Assembly (NCBI RefSeq): GCF_009914755.1
Contig: NC_060936.1
Origin: the human T2T-CHM13v2.0 reference genome, Homo sapiens
Reading direction: 5' to 3' (one strand)
DNA: 64,000 bases
Each line of letters begins with the position of its first letter. Within the stretch, counting starts at the first letter, position 1. The notes below the pieces were generated by a model. It was not told the origin of the DNA. It saw only the letters and a list, made by a program, of their open reading frames with translations, and made no database searches. Positions 40,676 to 54,967 of the stretch are shown piece by piece. A program made the translations under genes and the position numbers.

Positions 40676-43199
40676 TTTTAGAGTGTGCAAAACACTTTCC
40701 CAGACATTAAGCCATATAACACTTCAAGGTAAATGCCAATTTATCTCCGTTTTACTTGAAGAAGTCCAGGTTCCAATAATACCTGCCAAAGAATCCCCAG
40801 CAAGTGGTTGAAACTCTTACCCTGTGGTCATGATAAGAAGACTCTGTATCAAGAATGTAATTCATGGATATTCAAAAGCTCTTTAATTTGTAGTTTAATT
40901 GATCCACATTTGGTCTAATCCAAACATAAGCTTTTTTTTTTTTTTTTTTTTATGGAAACAGGTTTCAGTGGCCCTGCTCCCAGATGTAACATTTTGTCCT
41001 TTAGAGGTCTGTTCCATCCTCACATCTGGTGTCCCTCATTATAGATGTATTTGAAGCACAGGAAAGTCCACAGAAAAGTGTGTACCATGGCTGGGACATC
41101 AAGGTTCTCCCTGAAGAAATGGAGATCTTTCTTGATGGTGGCTCTGCTCACAATAGGGCCATCTCTGTATCTCTGGCTACAGGGTTTTTACCCATTGTGA
41201 CCCCTAGAACCTGGATGGGTTGTTTATAATTCTGCAGGACTCCAAGAGATCCTTGTTCACATGATAAGCTGGTTTTGATTTCCTCAGGGCCTGGTCACAG
41301 AGTGGGAACGAAGAAACTAAAATTTATTGAATTCCTATGCTGGGATAAGAGATGGATCTGCGGTGGTAGCAGGCTGCCTGGATACAGATCAGAAAACTCA
41401 TCACCATCAACCAGCAGGTTGAGAAGGACAGAGAGGGGCCTTGGTATCATATAGTCTCTGGACATTGGCAGCTCCCAGTGCCTCTCCAGATCCTTGGGTA
41501 AACTTAACACTACACATCTTATATCTATAAACAGACCCTGCTATCAGAACTCTCAAAGACTATTTTGGGCAATACAGTATCTGAAAACAATCAAGATACA
41601 AACACCGAGGGCACTTAGAAGTAACTTCAGACTGAAGTTATTTATATATGGTTATATCCAGTGCTAAGAGTATGCAGTTGATCCTTTATTGACCTTTATA
41701 CACACATTTTAATTCATTATCAGAAAGCATTATATTCAAACAGTTGGAATATTAACAGATATAGACTGATATTTGAGAGTCAGTATGTGTTGGTAAAATG
41801 GGTTTTCATCTATGAGCTGTCATTTGAGAGGCTCAAGAAAAATATCTTCTAAATGTTTTGTTTATATAAATTTCATGGTGATTTGGACTCCACCATTCTT
41901 TCATATTCTGTTTTTTGGTCCTTTTCAAAAAAGACTTTTGAGAAAGCCTACAGACTGAATTAGTTCACTGTAAGTTAGTAGCAGCTTAGATATGAAAAAG
42001 GCAGCTTTTTAAAAAAAGGTAAGCTAAGACCCCAAAGCCAGAAACTCCAACTTGAAAATAATCCAAGATCCAGAGGTGATACTAAAAAAACCAAAATATT
42101 GCCAATAAAATTATCTATGACCTCAGTCCAGGAAGAAGAAAGGGAGGTATCCACATCACCATCAAGACTCCATAGGACCCTCTCCTGTGAGCTCAGATGG
42201 TTGCAAGAACAATTGAAGAATGCACAATATATAAGTAGAGAAGATCAACACCCAGAGCACTGGAAAATCTGCGCATTTTTTTTAAAAAGCTATATAAGTG
42301 TAAAAGATAGAGGGAAGAAATGAGTTCATTGCTCATTATTAATGCTGACAGCTGACAGAGAAAGCTGAATTCTTCTTTTACTTATTTCTATATTGTATAC
42401 CAAAATGTATGTTTTTTGTACTGGAAATACTAGGCCAATTACCATGAACAGGCAATTGATGAGGACCCCGGGTCAGATGACAATGTGTTCCCAAGTGATC
42501 ATTTCTATCTTTCCTAACTCCCATTAAAACCACATACATGATACAGAAATAAAGGTGAGGAGACTAGCACCCTCACTGAAAACTGGAAAAGAATGTCTTC
42601 ACCATAACAGAAACACTAAGATGTTTCTGCCAGAAATAGAGTATGAGAGACCATTGGAAGGAGACATTGTCAATTCCTGATTTCTCATCTTGGGGAAATA
42701 AGCAGCACCTTCGGATGTAAGTTCAGGAGATCTTGGTGCAATGCCCTAACTCAGAGTTACTATGCTGGAAATGGCGCTCTCCCTCCAGGGCAGTGAGTGC
42801 AATTGGAAACTGCTGGTATTCCTGCGCTGCCTTCAGAATTTATGCCCAATGAAAGTGGTGGCAGGAATTGACTATGGCATAACAGGAGTTGTGTCCCGGC
42901 TAGGGTGGCAGCACAAGGAAGAAATCTAGGCAATGCCACTGCCTGTATCTGCCCCAGGAAACTGGATCAAAACAAAGGCCAGGTCCCATTAGTACTAACC
43001 TCCTAGACATGGTTGTTTTATTGAAAGCAGAAAACAAATGATGCCAAGACAGCTCACCACCAGGAAAGCTGACAGCTCTGGCATTTTCCGTGTCACTTCT
43101 GGGAAGAGCTTGAAAGATTTGAAAGTCCATTACTGGTTCTAAAAATACTGAGAAAAGCCCATATTGTAACTAGGAATGAGTAACTTCTTAATACAACAA

Positions 43200-44700
43200 A
43201 GATTTATCTAAATATATTACAATAATCCTTCCCACTGGTAAAATGTTAGTTTCAGATCTATTAATGTCAGGAATAAGAGAAGATGCCCACCATGAGAGCT
43301 GTTATCAACATATTTTCTGGAAATTACAATCAATGTAATGGTTCAAGAATGTGAAGGTGTGTAAATATTAGAAAGGAAGACGCAAACTTGTTTGCAGATG
43401 ACATGATAGAAAACCTCATGAAGTTAACTAAAAAAAAAAAAAGGAGACAATATTAAGAAAGGTGGTCAAAATGCCTTAGTTAGATGCTTATATAACAGTT
43501 CGTTTTTTCCGAAATAAGACTGTTCGCAAAAACTACAAAATATAAAATAACTGAATAGTAACTAAACAACTAAAAATAGGATCAAGTTTACTGAGGGGCA
43601 GATAAGGAGACATCACTATATAAAGGGCATGATGAGTGCTAGGTGCTCAATAATGGCATCCAAATGAAAATAAGCAAAGAACATTGAATACAATTCCTAA
43701 AATAAGAAATGCAGATAGTTAAAAATATTCAAACAGATGATCAGTCTCACGATAAAAATTCAAATGTGTAACTTGATACTATTTGTTTTACTTGTCAGAT
43801 TATCAGAGATTTAAAATATTGCTAACACCAACTGCTGAAGATGATATGTGGAGAATTCAGCACTGTCATACAGAGCCAGGAGGAGCATCATTTGATGGCA
43901 TGACCTTTCTGGAAGAAAAATAGCAAAATCTACAAAGGTCATCAGCCAAGAAATGCCACTTCTGGAAGTTTATCAGAAAATATCACTAAGTTTTTTGCAT
44001 AAGAATACTAATTGTTGTGTTTCTTATACTTTGAAAATGTTTAGAAATAACCTAAATATGTTAATGGTATGGGATTAAAATGCAGTGTTCTCTAATACTA
44101 GGCATAAAATGCAACATTCATGCAAAATACCTAGTAAATTATTCACGTGCTATTACCCAAACACAAAAATGGGCTACAAAACTGTGGTCTATAACATGAT
44201 CAAATTTTTACATATAAGAGTATATTGCTTGCATAAAAAAATGCATGGAATGAAAATAGAAGTGTGTGTGTATATATGTACACATGTACATACATACATA
44301 CATGAGAGAGAAAGAGGGAGAGAGATTGATCATCACTCTTAACCCAGGGCAATTTAGCTCTTCAATCAGTGGACATTAGGCAGTATCTGAGGACATATTT
44401 TGTTTGTCACAACTGGACAGGGTGGTAATAACAGCATCTAACAGGTAGGGCCAGGGATGCTGCTACATATCCTGCAATGCACAGGACACCTCCCTACGAC
44501 ACATAATTATCTGGACCAAAATATTAATAATGCTGAAGTTAAGAAACCTTGATACATATGAATATATATCTATATTTATAGTACTTACGAGAACATTCTT
44601 TGTTTGACTTGTCTTTGCTCCTTTATATTTTTATGTGGTTTAAATGTTTTTGAAAATAGCACTAGATTATTTTCAGAATCAGAGAAGTTAATATAAAATG
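43200..44700 (+). mobile_element. L1ME ORF2 and 3' fragments, including relic RT motif
   Basis: TTG TTT GCA GAT GAC ATG ATA (LFADDMI) at 43388-43408; downstream L1ME-like 3' sequence. Confidence 0.75.
44345..44551 (+). mobile_element. MER20
   Basis: GGACATTAGGCAGTATCTGAGGACAT...GGCCAGGGATGCTGCTACATATCCTGCAATGCACAGGACA...TTAAGAAACCTTG. Confidence 0.9.
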
Positions 44701-45162
44701 ATACCTAAATAGGAAAGATTGCCCTTAAAGAGTCACATTCTTCTTGCCTCTTAATTCTTGACTAGCCTTTCTCCTCCTTTTTCTGAATGGCTATAATACT
44801 TCTAGTTGGTATCACATCACTTAAGATAATTGTAATTCATTTGATTTTATTATGGTATACTTTTCTGTGTATTCATCTCAACTCTCCAGTTAAATTCAGG
44901 AACCACCAACAATTTGAGGGGAGGGATCATGCTTCCCAGTTGCCCATCCTAGAGCCCAAAATATGGGAAGTCCTTGGTACCTGCTAAGGAAAGCATGGAA
45001 TAGAGGAAAGAAAAAGCAAAGAGAGAAAAGAAGGGAAGGGGGAAGAAAGAAGAAAAGGCTACTGACTTTATAAATCTTTATACTTTCCCCTGCCCTTTCC
45101 TGCCCTGCACCTGGCTCAGGGCAGCCCACAGAACCGGCACCATTATATGGGGGGAGGGGGAG

Positions 45163-45482
45163 CAATGTGGTACAGCCGAAATGGCACTGGCTTTGCAGTT
45201 AGAGAAGTGGGTTTAAAGTTTAATCTTGCAACACATTATTTTATTTTTATTTATTTTTGATTTAGCAAACTCAGTACTTCCTACTTGCCAAGCACTGTTC
45301 TAAACCTTGCAAATATTTCTTGTGTCTTACTGGACAAATGCATGAAGTTTCCAGAGACCTGACTGTTCATCTTTAAAATGGGAACAACAGTACCTTGCAT
45401 GGTTGTTGTAAAGTTTAGAGGTGATAATGTATATAAAGTGCTAGGGACAGGGCATGATGTATGGTAGGCACTCAATACATGG
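45163..45482 (+). mobile_element. MIR, near full length, with an ~80-bp oppositely oriented MIR/L2 3' fragment inside (~45240-45320)
   Basis: TTCATCTTTAAAATGGGAACAACAGTACC...TATAAAGTGCT...GGTAGGCACTCAATACATG. Confidence 0.8.
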
Positions 45483-47284
45483 AGTGATTTTCATCATCAT
45501 CATTGTCATTATTTCCATTATTCTGATCACTCAATAAAGTCTTTTCAGATGATAAGTTATTAGTCAGCCTAATAGACTGTGAGATTTAAAATATATCTTG
45601 AAACTATTTCTACAAATGAATTACTAGCTTGTTAGAGGGTAAGATTGCTGTTTACACACTCTTGAAGGAAGAAATATTATCTTCTTTTTTGGAAGATCAT
45701 CCTGGCTGCCTGACTGCAGAACCTGAGGCATATTATACAGAGAGGGTGGGGGAAAGGGAGGCAGCACCCAGCCATATCATCCAAATTGACCTCAGGAGCA
45801 GTGGGTGGCCTTCCTGTGCATCTGTCAGTCATCAGTGTTCTCAGCAATCTGTCTCAACCACTCTATCTTTGATCTTTGGTAAGCACTGTGACTGCATGCT
45901 ATATTCCTGGAAGCTGTGCTTGAAGACCAAAAACTGAATTGTGGACTAGAGGGTAGAAACACGGAGAGAGAGAAACTGCTGAAGCAAGGCCCAGGAGAGT
46001 GCTTGGCACTACAGGGAAAGAGATTATGAACTGATATGGGAGGAATGACTATTGATTTTTTAAACTTTGCACATGATCCCAGCGTGTTATGCTACATGGA
46101 ATGAAGTGACGTCAGGGCCTGTTGACCCTGGAACTTGCCCAGAGCTGAGTTAGGTAAAAGGAAAGATATGAAAGAGGGGAAGTTTGAGTAGAAGAAACCC
46201 AAATGGATGGGGTGGGGTTTCCTTGGATTTACTTCATTGGTGTATTCAATTCACCTCCCAAAGTTTTCCCAATCAGTAAGTCAGATAACCAACGTATTAC
46301 TTTAACAACCCTTCTTACATGTCAAGCTCATCTGAAGTGATTATTCTTCTGCCTTTTTATAACTTCACTCAAAATTCAAAGTCCCTCTTTCCCCTTTGTT
46401 ATGACATCTCTCTCTTATGTTTAAACACTCATTTAAGGCATGTTTTTCTCTATTCACACTTTCCCAGATAACATTGGAGGGCATTCTAGCCCAGTCTTCA
46501 CTGTCCTCCATACTCCAGAAAGCTAAATATGTCTTTTAATCTTGCAACCCAGCCTTTGGCACTAAGTGGCCTTCCAGCTTATCCTGGTCCAAAAGATTCC
46601 ATGCCCATATTGTGGAGACATCTGTTACCAACTACTGCTCCTTGACCTGATCAGTTCTCTGTCTTCCATATGTGTGTAGACCTTTTCCTGCCTTCCTTTC
46701 ATCCCTAGAACCCATGCAAATTTCCAGGATAACATCAAGGATACCAACTAGCTAGAATCCTGAATATTTTTCCCATCCCTCTCCCATGGAAAAATTGCCT
46801 ATCCCAAAGATTTGCATTGTTCATTTCCAGAAATATGTTGGCACCTGGCGTTTTATAATTGCTACCCCCAGATGCAGACACTGTAGCTGCACTGTCTCCA
46901 AGTCAACCTCTGTACCAAGCCCTTTAAATAATATGTCTCATCTGATTAGCAAAACAATTCAATAACTACTACTACTGTCTTCAATTTACAGAGGCAAGAG
47001 GAGAGATGAAGTGAAGGAAAATAGCTTCTCTGAGGTCATATAGCTATAGGTAGTGAAGTAGAGATACTAAGCCAAGTTGGTCTGCCTTCAGAGACCATAT
47101 TCTAAAAATTCCATACTAGATGGCTTGACTGAGGCTTTATCTTTAATCATCATTCTAATAAAAGGAAAACAACACTTGCATTGTGGTTTTCAAAAAGATT
47201 TTATTGAACTATTTCATTTGATCCTTACAACAGCCCTTTGAATTGGAAGAATAATCTCAGGCTGAAAGTGAAGACCAGTGTCAC

Positions 47285-47657
47285 TGTCCCAGGTTGGTTC
47301 CTCCAGGGAGCTGACTCTAAGGGAAAGGTTAGTGTGCAGGTCATTCATTAGGGAGTAGGTTGTGGTTCAGCACCCATGGAGGGGAGAGGAAGGAAGCAGG
47401 GTTTGGCAAAAGCAAGAGTGAAGCTTGGTGCAGGCTCAATGGCAGCCTCCACCAAGCCCAGGAGCTCCGTAGGTAGAATGACCCTGAGTACGTCAGGAGG
47501 CTGAGCCTCATCACCTCACAGTGATGGGTCATTGGATGTGGACTGATCCTGGAAGGCTGTGTGACCTTGTGTCTGCCAATTTTCTGCTGCTGCTGCAATC
47601 TCTATAGAGGCTGGCAGCTGAAGAAAACCTGAGTAGGTTGTTGCATTGTCCCCTACA
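47285..47657 (-). mobile_element. LTR16A-type ERVL solo LTR, within MIR fragments
   Basis: TGTCCCAGGTTGG...GCTGACTCTAAG...AGTGTGCAGG...GGAAGGAAGCAGGGTTTGGC...GTCATTGGATGTGGACTG...TACA. Confidence 0.75.
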
Positions 47658-48469
47658 CTTACCAACTAGTCAATGGTGTACCCACAATAAAAATCTGGTC
47701 CACGTATACCCACACAAACACCCTTGCCCGTGTACCACACAACCTCTCTAGAAAGAATTTCTCTGTACTGACAATTCTCAGCTGATTCTGAAGCAAAGTC
47801 AGAATCCAGTAATTTGTGCTGATCAGGTTGCTATTTCCAGCTGCCTACATGGGTACCCAAAGTAGATGGTGGCGGGTGTCCTAGTGGGAGTAATGGTTAC
47901 AGAATATTAAAACAGGTGAAAGTGGAACCTATGCCACAGTATTGCATCTATTACAAGAGAAGACTAAAATTTCCTGAATTAGAAATAATTGTGAGGCACT
48001 GGTGAATTATTTGGTGTCCTTGAAAATTTATATAGGAAGAGAAGAATTCTGAATTTTTGAGGAATATATATAAAACCTGATGCAAAAATGTGATCAGTCT
48101 TGGCTTTTTGCTTGTTAAAAATTATGAATTTACTATATTTCTCTAATCAATTGTCTTGCAAGCTCTTGCTTTTTCAGCCCCAAACTGCATTCCAATCCAA
48201 AAGCCACAATCTGGGAATGTGTTTATTTTTATTTACCTTCACATAGTATAGCTTGTCAGATTTTCCCTTTGACGGTTTTAATAGAATCATCTGTAGTTGA
48301 GGTAAAGCCCCATATCTCTTCGAACTTCCAAGATTCTTTGAATTATCTGAATTATTTTCACTGTTCTAAATATTTTTTTTCTCAATAGAAATCAACAAGA
48401 AACCAATCAAGAAAGACTCCCCTCTGAATATTTTTCCTCAGGGAGTTGGAAAGTTATAGTCATTTGGGT

Positions 48470-48753
48470 AGGGCTATGATGGCAGGTTGCTCCTGATAGT
48501 GGTGGCAGTAATATTGTTCTTGATGGTGGGGTAATGTTGTTGGATGATGTTGTTGAGGGCTGATGTTGTTGTTGGGTAAGAGTGATGTTAGTGCGTGGAG
48601 TAATGTTATTGATAATGGTGTTGGTGGTGATGGGGTGATGTTGTCAGTAGGGGTGATGTTACTGATGGTAGTGGTAGCGAAGGAGTGATGTTGGTTGGGG
48701 TAGTGGTGGTGGATAATACTGTTTTTGATGCTAGTGATAATGATGATGGTGAG
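48470..48753. repeat. GT-rich degenerate triplet-based repeat (TGG/TGA/GTT; recurrent GGGGTGATGTT)
   Basis: Directly visible; almost devoid of C. Confidence 0.9.
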
Positions 48754-50432
48754 TTATACTGAGAAAGTCACACTTCAAACCGTCTATCAAGAAGGAGCTA
48801 AATATGAGTTAGACGTATATGTTTCTTGTCCAGCTCCTCAAATATTTGAGGCAGAATGGGGTGAATAGTATTAGATATAATCCTTTTCTGAGACACATGA
48901 CTTCAAGATGGCCAGCTAGAGGCATCTGGTATGCACCTGCCCTACAAATAAGAACTGAATTAGCAGGTAGGTAATCACATTTCCAATAGATCACCTAACA
49001 GAATATTGGAATTCAACCGAAAAGTGATAGCAAACACCTAAAGCAATGAAGGAGAAGGAAGAGAGGCAGCCTACTCTACAGGGCTTGGCATGGGAAAAAG
49101 TAGATGAGTGACCCTCAGTGGTCCATATTCCCACCACACACTACTGCATCCTAGCCACAGGAAAGCCCCTTGACCTCAGCAGGCCTCATAACTAACATAG
49201 GGAGTTGCCTCAAGACAATGTGAAGACATTGCTCCAGAGATGGAACTCATGCTGGGTCCCAGACTCTATCTGAGCCCTAAGCAGCCACAGCAAGAGGCTA
49301 TATTGAGATCCCCACTCCCACCAGACTGCATATTCTCTAAGGCTACAACAGCACCTGCATCTCCACATCTCTGGAGCCCCATTGACATTTCCTGCCTGCA
49401 GTCACCACCAAGGTTGGCTGCTACCTTCAGAGCTGAAGCATGAACCATTAGTAAAGATTTCATTGCCTTCAGCAGTGTAGCCACTGCATGTTTTCATGTG
49501 CACCAAGGACAAACTCACCCACCCACAGCAGCCACCACCATGGGCTACCGCAGCTGGGGCCAAAGCTCAAATGAAGTACACATTCCCCGAAACGTCTGGC
49601 ATAAGTCTGTTGCCACTGAAAGGAGCCCCACCCTCCCCAGTAGCAGAGCTGCTCAGCTGCTACTGCCACTACCTAAGCATTTAGCCTTGGGCCTGAGGCT
49701 CACCTTCCCCTGCCTACCATAGTAAGTGCCTGCATGTACACCTGGGGGCCTCAGGACAGGTCTGACTGGGCTGGCTTTGCCCTTTTCTCCCCATTCTCCA
49801 GTGCTTGAGTGGGGACTGGGTGCCTGGGGACTGTTCAGCCCAGTACACCACTGTTAGCACCTGAGCATTCCCTTCAGGGACCTGAGGTTAGGCTCATCCA
49901 ACCTGCTACTACCACCACAGCGGGCTCCCATCTGTAGGCACAACCTAAGGGCCTAGGGACTGGCCTGCTCAACCCATCACAACCACTTCTAACACCAACA
50001 TTTGGGATCCAGAGGTTAGTCACTCCACTGCTACTGCCATCACCCATGACACACCCACTTCCCAGAAGCTTAAGAACCCACCCACCTACCCAGTCCACTA
50101 TTGTTACTACTGGCACCTAAGCAAGCTGCCAGGAGCCCAAAAATCTATCCCCTTGGACTCACTAACACCAATGCCAACTTATGAAACCTGTTGCCCAAGA
50201 ACAGGCATGCTCATCTCACTGCTGTCACTACTGGGGCCCAAGGACTCACCTGGCATCCCTGTCTCTAGCAAAACTTCACCACTGCCTCCATTAACAACCA
50301 TACCCCAAGCCACTGAAAAAACAAAACAAACAAACAAAAACCACAGATACCACTGACATTGTTTACAGCCAAAGAAATCATATGAAGACTACACTATTGC
50401 ACACAGCCAGAATCAAAGTCAAAGTACCCAAC

Positions 50433-50807
50433 TGATATGGCTTGGCTGCATCCCCATCCAAATCCCATCTTGAATGGTAGTTTCTGTAATCCCCACGTGT
50501 GGTGGAAGGGATGCTGTGGGAGGTAATTGAATCATGGGGGCAGTTTCCTCCATGCTATTCTCATGATAGTGAGTGAGCTCTCATGAGATCTGATGGTTTT
50601 ATAAGGGGCTTCCCCCTTCACTCACCTCTCTTCTCTTTCCTGCTGTCATGTGAAGAATAATGTGTTTGCTTCCCCTTCTGCCATGATTGTACATCTCCTG
50701 AGGTCTGCCCAGCCCTGTGGAACTGTGAGTCAATTAAACCTCTTTCCTTTATGAATTACCCAGTCTCAAGTATGTCTTTATTAGTAGCATGAGAATGAAC
50801 TAATGCA
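50433..50807 (+). mobile_element. THE1D-type MaLR solo LTR nested in the L1 5' region
   Basis: TGATATGGCTTGGCTG...TCATGAGATCTGATGGTTTTATAAGGGG...GAGTCAATTAAACCTCTTTCC...AACTAATGCA; 5-bp TSD CCAAC/CTGAC. Confidence 0.93.
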
Positions 50808-51885
50808 CTGACCCAACCAACACTATAAATATCATAGATACCTCTTCAGGAAAACATTCTTGCCCATGAAGACAAATTTTAAAAATTGAAAGAAGTGACT
50901 GTTATACCTGAGTGCCAATATCAGTGTAAGGACACAAAAAACTTGAAAAATCAAGGAAACATGACACTTCCATAGGAATACAATAGTTCTCCAGCAACAG
51001 ATTCCTAACAAAAAGAAATTTATGGAGTCCCAAGTAAAAAGTTTAAAATATTGATATTAAAGAAACTCAGTTTAATACTGGAGAATACAGGAAAAATAAT
51101 ACCAAGAGATTAGAAAAATAATTAAGGATAAGAATGATGAATTTATCAAAGAGCTAGATATCATAAAAAGGAACCAAGAGTCATTCTAGAACTGAAAAAT
51201 TCATTAAACGAAATACAAAATACATGTAAAATCTTCAACAATAGTGTAGATCAAGCAGAAGAAAGAATTTCAGAACTTAAAGACAGGTATTTGGAAATAG
51301 CTCAGTCAGACAAAAATAAAGAAAAAAGAATTAAGAAGAATGAAAAAAGCCTATAAGACATATGAGACACCATAAAGTGATCAAATAATCAAAATTTTGC
51401 CATCCCAGAAGGTGAAGAGAAAAGCATTAGAAAACCTATTTAAGAAAAGAGTAGCTGAAGACTTCCCAAGTCTAGAAATACATTTAGACATCCAGACACA
51501 GGAAATTCAGAGAACCTCAAATAGATAAATGCAAAAACTTCTTCTCCATGGCAAATGATAGACAGACTGTCAAAAGCCAAAGACAAGGAGGAAATTCTAA
51601 AAACATGAAGAAAAGTGTCTAGTTATTTGTGAGGACACCCCCATCATGCTAACAGGGTATTTCTCAGCAGAAACCTTATGGGTCATGAGAGAATGGGATG
51701 ACATATTCCAAAAGCTAAAAAACAAAACAAAACAAATAAAAAAAATAAAACACTGCTAGCCAAGAGTGCTATATGCAGCAAAATTATCCTTCATTAATTA
51801 AGGAGAAATAAAGTCTTTCCCAGACAAGCAAAAACTTAAGGGACAATACGTATCATCATGAAAACACACAAAAGTATACAACCTA

Positions 51886-52227
<342 letters not shown>

Positions 52228-54967
52228 AAGAAAGAGAAAGGACTCAAATGTTACCATCATAGATGTTACCACAGTGATTAACAATGAGACAAAGAAGGAA
52301 CAAAGGAGATACAAAACAACCATGAATCAACTGATAGACTGACAAGAATAAACTCTCACATATCAATAACAATTTTGAATGTAAACATAGAGGTGAAAAT
52401 GCTCAACAAAATACTAGCAAACTGAATCTAACAGTACATCAAACAAATAATAGACCATGACCAAGGGGGATTTATCTTAAAAATGCAAGAATGGTTCAAC
52501 ATACGCAAATAAATAAATGTAATACCTGATATCAATAGCATGAGAGACAAAGAACGTATGGTTATTGCAATAGACACAGTAAGACCATTTGATAAAATTC
52601 AACATCTCTTCATGATAAAAACTCTCAACAAACTAGACATTGGTGGAACATACTTTAGCATAATAAGGGCCATGTATGACAAACCCACAGCTAACATCAT
52701 ACTAAATGTGGAAATACTGAAAGTCTTTCCTCTAAGATCTGACACAAGACAAGAGACTCACTCTTATTTGACATAGTATTAGAAGTCCTGGCCAGAGCAA
52801 TCAGTCAAGAGGCAATAAAAAAACCATCCAAATTGGGAAAGAGGAAGTCAAATTATTCCTCTTTGCAGTGAACATAATCTTCTATCTAGAAAAACCTACA
52901 GACTTCACAAAAAAACCTCTTAGGTCTGATAATAAATTCAGCAAGTTGCAGGATACAAAACCAATATACAAAATCGGTAGCATTTCTATGCACCAATAAC
53001 AAACTAGCTGAAAAAGAAATAAAGAAAGCTATATAAAATAAAACATGCCTGGGAATTAATTTAACCAAGGGTATAAAAAACCTCCATAGAAAAAAACTAC
53101 AAAACACTGATGAAATTGAAGGGGACACAAACAAATCAAAAGACATTCTATGCTCATGGATTGGGATAATTAATATCTTCCATATTAATTGAAAGTGATC
53201 ACACTGCCCATGGCAATCTATAGATTCAATGCAATTCCTATCAAAATACAAATATAATTTTTCACAGAAATAGAAAAACAGTCCTAAAATGTATACGGAA
53301 CCATAAAATAACCTAAATGGTCAAAGCAATTCTGAGCAAAATAAAAAAGCTGGAAGCATCAGACTACCTGACTTCAATATAGTACAAGCTATAGTAACCA
53401 AAACAGCAAGATATTTGTATAAAAACAGACACATCAAACAATGGAACAGAGTACACAATCCAGAAACAAATCCATATGTTTACAGTCAACCACTTTTTGA
53501 CAAAGGTGTCAACCTCATACATTGGGGAAAGGACACCCTCTCTTCAATTAGTTGTTGTGGGAAAATTGGATTGCCATATGCAAAATGATAAAACTGAATC
53601 CCTATCTCTCACCACTTAGAAAAATAAATGAAAGATAGATTAAAGACTTAATTGTAAGACCCAAAACTATAAAGCTACTAAAAGTAAACATGGGGAAAAC
53701 ACCCCAGGACACTGGTCTAGGCAAAGATGAGGGCCTCAAGAGCACAGGCAACAAAAGCAAAAATAGACAAATAGAGCTATATTAAACTAAAAAGCTGCTG
53801 CACAGCAAAGGAAACAATCAAGAGAGTTAAGAAACAACCTGTTGAATGGAATAAAATATTTGCAAACTATTCATTCAAGGAACTAATATTCAAAATATAT
53901 GAGGAATTCAAACAACTCAACAGTAAAAACATAAATAATACCATTTAAAGTGGGCAAAGGACATGAATAGACATTTCTCCAAAGAAGACATACAAATGGC
54001 CAACACATATATGAAAATATGCTCAATATCAGTAACCAGGGAAACGCAGATCAAAACCACAGCGAGATATCATCCCATTCCTACTTAGAATGGCTATTTT
54101 TAAAAAGAAAAAAAAAAAACAGACGCTGGCAAGGATGTCAGGAAAGGGGAACTCAGAGTGTTGATGGGAATGTAAATCATACAGCCACTGTGGAAACAGT
54201 AAGATTTCTCAAAAAAAACTAAAAATAGAACTACCATACAATCCTTCAGTCTCACTACTGGACATTTATCCAAAGGAAAAGAAATTCACATATCACATAT
54301 CAAAGAGATACTGGCATTCCCATGTTTATCACAGCACTATTCACAATAGCAAAGACATGAAATCAACCTAAGTATCCATCAAAAGATAAACGGATAAAGA
54401 AAATGTGGTATACATACAGAATGGAATACTAGTCATCCATAAAACATAGAAATCATGTCATTTTCAGTAACATGGATGGAACTGGAGGGCGTTGTGTTCA
54501 TTGAAATAAGCCACGCAGAGAAAGACAAATACTGCATGTTCTCACTCAGATGTAGGAGTTAAATAGTTGATCTCTTGGAGGTAGAGAGTAGAATGATAGA
54601 CATGAGAGGCCAGGCAGGGTGTGTGGGGGTGGGGGCATAAAGGAGGTTGGTTATGGGTACAAACATAAAGTTAGATTGAAGGAATTAGTTCTCATGTTTG
54701 ATAGCAGAGTATAATAACTATAGTTAACAACAATGTATTGTATATTTCAAAATAGCTAGAAAGGAAGACTTGAAATGATCCCAACACATAGAAATAATAA
54801 ATAATTGAAGTGATGGACATCCCCAAAACCCTGACTTGATCATTATGCAGTCAGTACATTTAACAAAATGTCACATATGTAACCTATAAATATGTACAGA
54901 TATTTGTATCAACTAAAAAAATCCCTTTCTGAGATGCTCACTAGAAATTCTTTCTCTGGAAGCTGCA

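Noticed and set aside
40932-41290. Poly-T followed by a protein-like 66-aa ORF; possible processed pseudogene
   Set aside because: No polyadenylation signal next to the tract, no TSD found, and no recognisable protein in the frames I read
50700-50720. Possible PRDM9 hotspot motif in the THE1 LTR
   Set aside because: Sequence GGTCTGCCCAGCCCTG does not match CCTCCCTAGCCAC; the element is THE1D-like, not THE1A/B
52540-52776. ORF with reverse-transcriptase-like sequence
   Set aside because: Fragment of decayed L1 ORF2; endonuclease region deleted and catalytic FADD mutated
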